A stretch of DNA of 64,000 nt from Clostridiales bacterium (GTDB lineage Bacteria; Bacillota; Clostridia; Lachnospirales; Lachnospiraceae). The stretch is taken from assembly GCA_012839295.1 (NCBI GenBank), contig DUNO01000019.1, positions 52,682-116,681 of the forward strand. Reading direction: 5' to 3'. How positions within the stretch are numbered: position 1 is the stretch's first letter; every line of letters begins with the position of its first letter. Shown here in pieces: positions 58,007 through 64,000 of the stretch. Below the pieces are notes generated by a model, which searched no databases, was not told where the DNA came from, and saw only the letters and a program-made list of their open reading frames with translations. A program made the position numbers and the translations under genes.

Positions 58007-58386
58007 TGGATATCCCCTCCTTTGATCTTTCTATAGTTCTCGGCACAGGCTTTGGCGAATATGCTTTCGTCTATGCCGTGGCAGATCGCCTCTGCCGCAC
58101 ACATCGTGAGCTTTTCCGCAAGGGCTGCCGGGATATCTCCCCCAGTCTTTTTCGGTGCGACAATCGCTGTGGTGCGCCTGTCCATTACGATGTAACCGCC
58201 GCTGCGCAGGATATCATAGGCCTTGTTGACCGTGTGGAAGCTTACTCCTAAGTCGGCAGCAAGGACGCGGGCAGACGGCAGAGATTCTCCCTCTGCAAGC
58301 TGCCCAGACGCTATGCCCATGATTATGTTGTCGCGCAGTTGCTCATAGATAGGCTTCTCCGCATAAGTGTTTATTTGAATCAGCAC
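58003..58386 (-). CDS. GntR-family regulator, YtrA subfamily
   Basis: GTG start after GGAGGTG; KPIYEQLRDNI; LPSARVLAADLGVSFHTVNKAY; short C-terminus; stop overlaps the DUF1648 start. Upstream TATCTG...CAGATA repeat at 58401-58429. Confidence 0.88.
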   Translation of the reverse strand: MLIQINTYAEKPIYEQLRDNIIMGIASGQLAEGESLPSARVLAADLGVSFHTVNKAYDILRSGGYIVMDRRTTAIVAPKKTGGDIPAALAEKLTMCAAEAICHGIDESIFAKACAENYRKIKGGDIQ

Positions 58387-58475
58387 ACAATCACCTCCTG
58401 TATCTGATATATATATCATATAACAGATATATAGGATATTCAACACTCTTTTTTAAAAAACTGTGAAAAAAACAG

Positions 58476-58503
58476 AAAAAAGCCTGCCAAAAATTCGGCA
58501 GGC
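58476..58503 (-). terminator. Terminator after the fliK-like gene
   Basis: GCCTGCC / GGCAGGC stem with a T-run on the minus strand. Confidence 0.55.
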
Positions 58504-58584
58504 CCATTGATGTTGTCATATTAAGATATCATCAAGATACTACTGATAGTCCCTTTATTTAGTACAAATTATTTTGCCAGGGCA

Positions 58585-60639
58585 TTAGGTGCGGACATCG
58601 AAGGTGTAGCGTTTGATGTTGTTTTCTTGGGAGCTTTGCTCGATGAAGTCTTTGCTGAAATCGGGCTTGGTGTAGGTGTCGGCTACAGTTGCTTGGAGGA
58701 TATAGGCTTTTTCCAGCAGTGCGGCGGTGAGGATATCTAAGTGGTTTTTGATCAGGGTTGCGGTTTCCTGGTTTTCGACGTGGAATTCAGCCTGGATGTG
58801 TTTGCTGTTGCTTAGCTGAAGGTGGATATTTAGCGAACCCAGGTTTGACATTTCCAGGTGGAGCAATACACTTAGGTTTTCCCGCTTGTCGGACAGAGCC
58901 TTTTTTCTGGTCAGGACGTATAGCTCGGTGTGGGCATTTTGTTTTTTGAATTGGACGGGGAGCTGCAGGTAGGTGAAGGCTTCGTTAAGGTCTTTCATAA
59001 ACCGGAGGTTTTCCTTCAGGTTCTGGACTGGTTCCTGTAAATGCTCATTGCCGGATATGGAGGGATGTCCTTTGGCTAAAGACTGCAGCTGGTCTAAGTC
59101 CCTTTCCAGCTCTTGGAGTAAATTGGTGGCGGAGTCTTTGTCGGCAACCTTATCCGGGGTAAGGGTCCATTTCCCAAGAAAGGCGGCTTCGAAGATTTTT
59201 GCATATTCCGGGGATTGTAGCAGCTTTGCCGCAATCGTGGGATCTGATTTTGGAAGCTGTTCCTGTAGGAAGGTGAGGAGCTCCTTAAGGGTTATGTTTC
59301 CCTGAGTTATCCTGTCCGCCACGTCCCGGGCATTTGGCAGGTCAGTCAGGCCTGCCGGAAATTCTGCGATGGAAAGGCGTTCCTGAGGGGTTAATACCTT
59401 TGCTAATTGGGAGGAGGAAGTGGCCACAGCCTCATATTCTTCCATTAACTTTGTGATTAAGGAGAGGTTTTCTTTGGTTAGGCTGCCCTGTGTTGTTCCA
59501 TCAGGTCCTATGAGCGGATGTTCCTGATTGGAGTTGGCTCCGGTTATGTTATCCAGCCAGGCCGCAGCTTCGTTGACAGGCAAGGTACCGTTTTGGATTT
59601 TATCCGCGAGTCCTGCGGTCAGCTCTGTAAGCAGGGAAGGGTTTTCCTTGCCTAGCTGGTCAAATAATTTGCTCAGCTGACCCAGTTCAGCTGGGTTAAA
59701 GCTTGAAGCCAGGGGCGGGTACGCAGGATCAGCAGAAGGGGTATTTCCATCAGGGTATAGGATTCCAAGGAGCGCCTGGTTCATCTGGAGCGCCTGGTTT
59801 AGCTGAGGGGTCTGGTTTGCCTGGAGAACTTGATTCATGTGGAGTACCTGGTTCGCCTGAAGCTCCTGGTTTGCCTGGAGGGCTTGGTTCATCTGAAGTG
59901 CTGGATCCGTCTGGAGTGTTTGGCCTGCCAGGGGGTTAGCAGGATTACCGGATAAGTCTGTGATGGCGCCGGACTGCTTTAGCAGGCCGGATATGTTTTG
60001 GGAAATGATTCCGATATCCTTTACCAGCTGATGGGTTCCCCTTTGATATGCTTCAAACTGCTTGATATTAGCAGGGGTCAGGGGAATATTGTTTTTATAC
60101 ATTAAGATGATTGTCTGGGGGGAGGCTTCCCGGTTTGCAAGGGCGACCCGGAGCAAGGACTGGAGGGTTTGCTTATCGATGGGCAGACGGTGGTTCATTA
60201 GCTCTGTTACGAGAGCTTTATTCCGGTCAGTCACCGGCAGCCCGGAGGCGGAAAGTGCCTTTTGTGCAGTCGCGTCGGATTGGACGGAGGTCTCTTCCGG
60301 GAGGTATTTTAGCACGTAATTGCCGGAGGTATCTTCCGTAACCGTAAACTGCGCCTCTTGTCCGATGGACAAAGGAATATCGCCGGAAAGCCTGGCGGTA
60401 AGGGTCTGCCTGCCTGGCTCCAGCTGTATCGTGACCTCGTTATACCGGTGGTCTAGTATTTGACCCCTTACGGTCTGCCCTTCCCTCAGTTCCATAGGTC
60501 TTTCCGGCCCGGATAAGCCCGTGCTATCCTTAGTATGGGAGGAATCAGCGGAGGCTTTGGAGGAGGTACTGGCATTCGCCCGTGGAGCCTGGCATTTATT
60601 TGGTTGATAGCCTTTCAGCTGGGAATTATATAGATCCAT
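58585..60639 (-). CDS. fliK: Flagellar hook-length control protein FliK-like
   Basis: Low-complexity Q/L/N-rich middle; C-terminal YLQLPVQF...LLHLEMSNLGSLNIHL..IQAEFHVE (Flg_hook-like); ends RYTFDVRT; upstream sigma28 promoter. Confidence 0.72.
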   Translation of the reverse strand: MDLYNSQLKGYQPNKCQAPRANASTSSKASADSSHTKDSTGLSGPERPMELREGQTVRGQILDHRYNEVTIQLEPGRQTLTARLSGDIPLSIGQEAQFTVTEDTSGNYVLKYLPEETSVQSDATAQKALSASGLPVTDRNKALVTELMNHRLPIDKQTLQSLLRVALANREASPQTIILMYKNNIPLTPANIKQFEAYQRGTHQLVKDIGIISQNISGLLKQSGAITDLSGNPANPLAGQTLQTDPALQMNQALQANQELQANQVLHMNQVLQANQTPQLNQALQMNQALLGILYPDGNTPSADPAYPPLASSFNPAELGQLSKLFDQLGKENPSLLTELTAGLADKIQNGTLPVNEAAAWLDNITGANSNQEHPLIGPDGTTQGSLTKENLSLITKLMEEYEAVATSSSQLAKVLTPQERLSIAEFPAGLTDLPNARDVADRITQGNITLKELLTFLQEQLPKSDPTIAAKLLQSPEYAKIFEAAFLGKWTLTPDKVADKDSATNLLQELERDLDQLQSLAKGHPSISGNEHLQEPVQNLKENLRFMKDLNEAFTYLQLPVQFKKQNAHTELYVLTRKKALSDKRENLSVLLHLEMSNLGSLNIHLQLSNSKHIQAEFHVENQETATLIKNHLDILTAALLEKAYILQATVADTYTKPDFSKDFIEQSSQENNIKRYTFDVRT

Positions 60640-60767
60640 TAGGCAAATCCTTTCTATTATTTAACGTAACACGTTAACTTAGTGCGTTAATATGGGTTTT
60701 ATGACGGCATGTTCCACCTGATTTTTCATGGTTGCATAATGAGCCAGAAAAGGGAGGTTTTTCTTTT

Positions 60768-60796
60768 ATATCGGCAGAAGATGTGGGTTTGTTTAG
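60768..60796 (-). promoter_or_regulatory. Sigma28 (SigD/FliA) promoter of the fliK-like gene
   Basis: Minus strand CTAAA-N16-GCCGATAT, matching the TAAA-N14-16-GCCGATAT consensus. Confidence 0.7.
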
Positions 60797-60903
60797 GATA
60801 TCAGTTATGAGTTATATTCATTAATGGTAGGATGGTTGTAACCTGTTGATTTTAAAGATATATGTAAGGACTTAAAGCTAACGAAACACAGAAGTTATAG
60901 TGT

Positions 60904-61380
60904 TTATCTGAATTTTTCTAATCTAAAATGACCTTCGCCATCCAATTCTTTAATGCCGTCTTTATAGTCATATCCCATTTTTTTATAGAATTTATATGCT
61001 GTTATTGACGCAGGTATTTCAATTCTTCTCGCTCTTAAGAAGTATTCATCCTTTTCTAATGTTTCTATTATTTTTCTACCTATTCCCTTGCCTTGTAATT
61101 CAGGTAAAACAAATATTGTTAAAAGGATACTTTCATCTAACTTGCCCCAAAAGCTTGAAATTGAACCAGTACCAACTATAGTATCATCTATACACGCAAC
61201 ATACATATGTGCATATTCACTGATATTTAAAATTTTGTTAGGATTATAAATCTCTGATAAATGCTCCATTTCCGCTTTTGGATAATCTTTTGTATTGACC
61301 TCCATGAAATTCCTACAAACTATCTTTGATACCGTAAAAGCATCATCACTATTAAATCTTCTTATATGCAAGTTTTCCAT
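60904..61380 (-). CDS. GNAT-family N-acetyltransferase
   Basis: IFVLPELQGKGIGRKII (acetyl-CoA motif A); AYKFYKKMGY; very AT-rich. Confidence 0.88.
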   Translation of the reverse strand: MENLHIRRFNSDDAFTVSKIVCRNFMEVNTKDYPKAEMEHLSEIYNPNKILNISEYAHMYVACIDDTIVGTGSISSFWGKLDESILLTIFVLPELQGKGIGRKIIETLEKDEYFLRARRIEIPASITAYKFYKKMGYDYKDGIKELDGEGHFRLEKFR

Positions 61381-61646
61381 ATAAATTTCTCCTTATTAGT
61401 ATGTTTTTCCAATTATAAAAAATATAATCGGATATTTCAACTATTTATTCTAAAAATTAGTCCTTCATATTTGACCCTAAAGTAAATTTATGATGCATTT
61501 AAAAATTCTGACAAATATCTCATAGAAAAACATAGTCAAACTTTAAATTATTAATTTTAAACCCTAATAATAATTAGAAAGTAATGTTTTGGCAGTTAAT
61601 ATTTTAATAAAATAACATATCCCTACAGCAAATTTTAAAAAAGTAC

Positions 61647-61737
61647 TTGAAATCTACAAGAATCTATTATATAATCGACGCAATAAAACGAAGGCGTTTT
61701 TAGACTGAGCTTAAAGTCTATGAACGCCTTTTTTCTT
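61647..61737 (+). promoter_or_regulatory. gltB promoter plus leader terminator with an overlapping alternative hairpin
   Basis: TTGAAA-N17-TATAAT. Terminator AAGGCGTT/AACGCCTT with inner TAGAC/GTCTA and a T-run. Alternative hairpin AAAAC-GAAGGC-GTTTT. Confidence 0.65.
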
Positions 61738-61908
61738 GCGCAAAAATAAATAATTCAACGGATGCCTGTATAAGCGGGCAGGAATGCGCGAAAGGGAACC
61801 ACGTAATCAAAAGCGGCTGGCCTTATTCCTGATGCGGGAGCATAGCCTTGCAAAAAGGCACCGGGCAGCTGTTAAAAATCCAGCGATAGAAAAGAAAGAG
61901 GGATGTGT

Positions 61909-64000
61909 ATGGAAAAAATCATTAGAGAGGAAGCAACACAGGCTCCCCAGGGGCTATATGACCCGGGCTTTGAGCATGATAACTGTGGTATTGGCGCAGT
62001 GGTGAACATGAAGGGGGTTAAAACCCATTTAACGGTGGAAAATGCATTGAAGATTGTAGAAAACCTGGAACATCGTGCCGGTAAGGATGCAAATGGCAAG
62101 ACCGGTGATGGTGTAGGTATCCTGCTGCAGATTTCCCATAAATTCTTTTCCAAAGTGGCAAAGCCCCTGGGAATTGATCTCGGCGGTGAGCGTGACTATG
62201 GTGTGGGCATGTTTTTCTTTCCCCAGGATGAGCTGGCCCGGAACCAGGCAAAGAAGATGTTTGAGATCATTGCCCGGAAGGAAGGAATGAAGCTTCTTGG
62301 CTGGAGGGAGGTTGCCGTATGTCCCGAGTACCTGGGTGAGAGGGCTTTGGCCTGTATGCCCCATATCACGCAGTGCTTTATTAAGAGGCCGGAAAACGTG
62401 GAAAAGGGTCTTGCCTTTGACAGGAAGCTTTACATTGTAAGAAGGATCTTTGAGCAGAGCAATGACAATACCTATGTGGTTTCCCTGTCCAGCCGCACCA
62501 TTGTTTATAAGGGCATGTTCCTGGTAAAGCAGCTCCGCCTGTTTTTTACAGATCTGCAGGATAAGGATTATGAGAGTGCCATTGCGACGGTACATTCCAG
62601 GTTTTCAACAAATACTAATCCAAGCTGGCAGAGGGCACATCCGAACCGTTTTATTGTCCATAACGGTGAGATTAACACAATCCGGGGCAATGCGGATAAA
62701 ATGCTTGCCAGGGAAGAGAAGATGTCCTCTGATTTTTTAAAAGAGGAGATGCATAAGGTGCTTCCGGTGATTAATACGGAGGGCTCTGACTCTGCAATGC
62801 TTGACAATACCCTGGAATTCCTGGTGATGAGCGGAATGGAGCTGCCCCTGGCGGTTATGATTACCATTCCGGAGCCCTGGAATAATGACGCTGCAATGAG
62901 CAGGGAAAAAAGGGATTTTTACCAGTATTATGCAACGATGATGGAGCCCTGGGATGGTCCGGCATCGATCCTTTTCTCTGACGGGGATATTATGGGCGCG
63001 GTTCTCGACCGCAATGGCCTAAGGCCTTCCCGTTACTATATCACAAAGGATGATTACCTGATCCTTTCCTCCGAGGTGGGCGTCCTTGACATACCGGCAG
63101 AAAAGATTTTAAAGAAGGAGAGGCTGCATCCCGGCAAAATGCTCCTGGTGGACACCGTCAAAGGCTGCCTGATTGATGATGAGGACCTAAAGAACAGCTA
63201 TGCAGCCCGCAAGCCTTACGGGGAATGGCTGGACCAGAACCTTGTGACCCTAAAGAGCATCCACATCCCCAACAAGAAGGTGGTGGGATATTCGGAGGAA
63301 GAGCTGGCGAGGCTCCAGAAGGCCTTTGGGTATTCCTATGAGGATTATAAGACCACGATCCTGCCGATGGCTGAGAGCGGACAGGAGGCGGTGGCGGCGA
63401 TGGGCGCTGATTCACCCCTCCCGATGCTGTCAAAGAATAATCCGCCCCTATTTTCTTACTTTAAGCAGCTATTTGCACAGGTTACCAATCCTCCGATTGA
63501 TGCAATCCGGGAGGAGATCGTTACGGCTACCTCCATCTATATCGGTGAGGATGGCAACCTTCTGGAGGAAAGGGCAGAGAACTGCAAGGTATTAAAGATC
63601 AATAACCCGATCTTAACGGATACGGATTTATTAAAGATTAAATATATGAAGGCTCCCGGCTTTCAGGTGGAAGTAATTTCCATGCTCTATTATAAGAATA
63701 CTTCCCTGGAAAAGGCCATTGACCATATGTGTCTGGACGCAGACCGTGCTTACAAGGCCGGCGCGAATATCTTAATCCTTTCCGACCGGGGAGTGGATGA
63801 GAACCATGTGGCAATTCCCTCCTTGCTGGCCGTATCTGCTTTGCAGCAGCATCTGGTACGTACCAGGAAGAGGACGGCGCTGGGGATTATCGTAGAAAGT
63901 GCCGAGCCAAGGGATGTCCATCATTTTGCCTGTCTGTTAGGCTACGGCGCCTGTGCAGTCAACCCTTACCTGGCACAGGAGACAATCCGGCAGCTGATCG
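61909..64000 (+). CDS. gltB: Glutamate synthase large subunit, 3'-truncated by the window end (absent from the ORF track)
   Basis: Read by eye: MEKIIREEATQAPQGLYDPGFEHDNCGIGAV..HRAGKDANGKTGDGVGI; HSRFSTNTNPSW; HNGEINT; MEPWDGPA; DRNGLRPSRY; YFKQLFAQVTNPPID. Confidence 0.96.
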   Translation, partial: MEKIIREEATQAPQGLYDPGFEHDNCGIGAVVNMKGVKTHLTVENALKIVENLEHRAGKDANGKTGDGVGILLQISHKFFSKVAKPLGIDLGGERDYGVGMFFFPQDELARNQAKKMFEIIARKEGMKLLGWREVAVCPEYLGERALACMPHITQCFIKRPENVEKGLAFDRKLYIVRRIFEQSNDNTYVVSLSSRTIVYKGMFLVKQLRLFFTDLQDKDYESAIATVHSRFSTNTNPSWQRAHPNRFIVHNGEINTIRGNADKMLAREEKMSSDFLKEEMHKVLPVINTEGSDSAMLDNTLEFLVMSGMELPLAVMITIPEPWNNDAAMSREKRDFYQYYATMMEPWDGPASILFSDGDIMGAVLDRNGLRPSRYYITKDDYLILSSEVGVLDIPAEKILKKERLHPGKMLLVDTVKGCLIDDEDLKNSYAARKPYGEWLDQNLVTLKSIHIPNKKVVGYSEEELARLQKAFGYSYEDYKTTILPMAESGQEAVAAMGADSPLPMLSKNNPPLFSYFKQLFAQVTNPPIDAIREEIVTATSIYIGEDGNLLEERAENCKVLKINNPILTDTDLLKIKYMKAPGFQVEVISMLYYKNTSLEKAIDHMCLDADRAYKAGANILILSDRGVDENHVAIPSLLAVSALQQHLVRTRKRTALGIIVESAEPRDVHHFACLLGYGACAVNPYLAQETIRQLI

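Overview
The window looks like a Lachnospiraceae-type (Clostridia) chromosome segment. Most of it is housekeeping DNA: a heterodimeric ABC exporter, prfC, MATE, nagAB with RpiR, glnA with an ANTAR regulator, dapF-dapL, copZ-csoR, an Asn T-box ahead of aspS-gatCAB, an SLH protein with a MacAB-like exporter, a fliK-like gene and the 5' part of gltB. The main accessory block is a visibly AT-rich island (about 3.3-21.4 kb). It starts with a truncated, frameshifted carboxylesterase and carries AraC, two paralogous DeoR regulators that share a 21-bp box, and a sugar ABC importer. These precede a tight operon of GH3, MBL hydrolase, FGGY kinase, UlaG, UlaE, a Pgl-like lactonase, an unknown beta-propeller, two SnoaL/NTF2-like proteins and an esterase. 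This resembles a PTS-free variant of L-ascorbate/sugar-lactone catabolism lacking UlaABC, UlaD and UlaF, and is my best candidate for an undescribed pathway. Non-coding DNA is unusually rich in structure: two copies of a ~210-bp palindromic element with compensatory changes, a third long hairpin, three tandem-repeat arrays (two made of hairpins next to ribosome-binding sites), similar attenuators upstream of glnA and gltB, and a consensus sigma54 site facing antisense into nagA. No rRNA, tRNA, CRISPR array, integrase or transposase was recognised. All assignments come from reading motifs by eye; no database searches were run.
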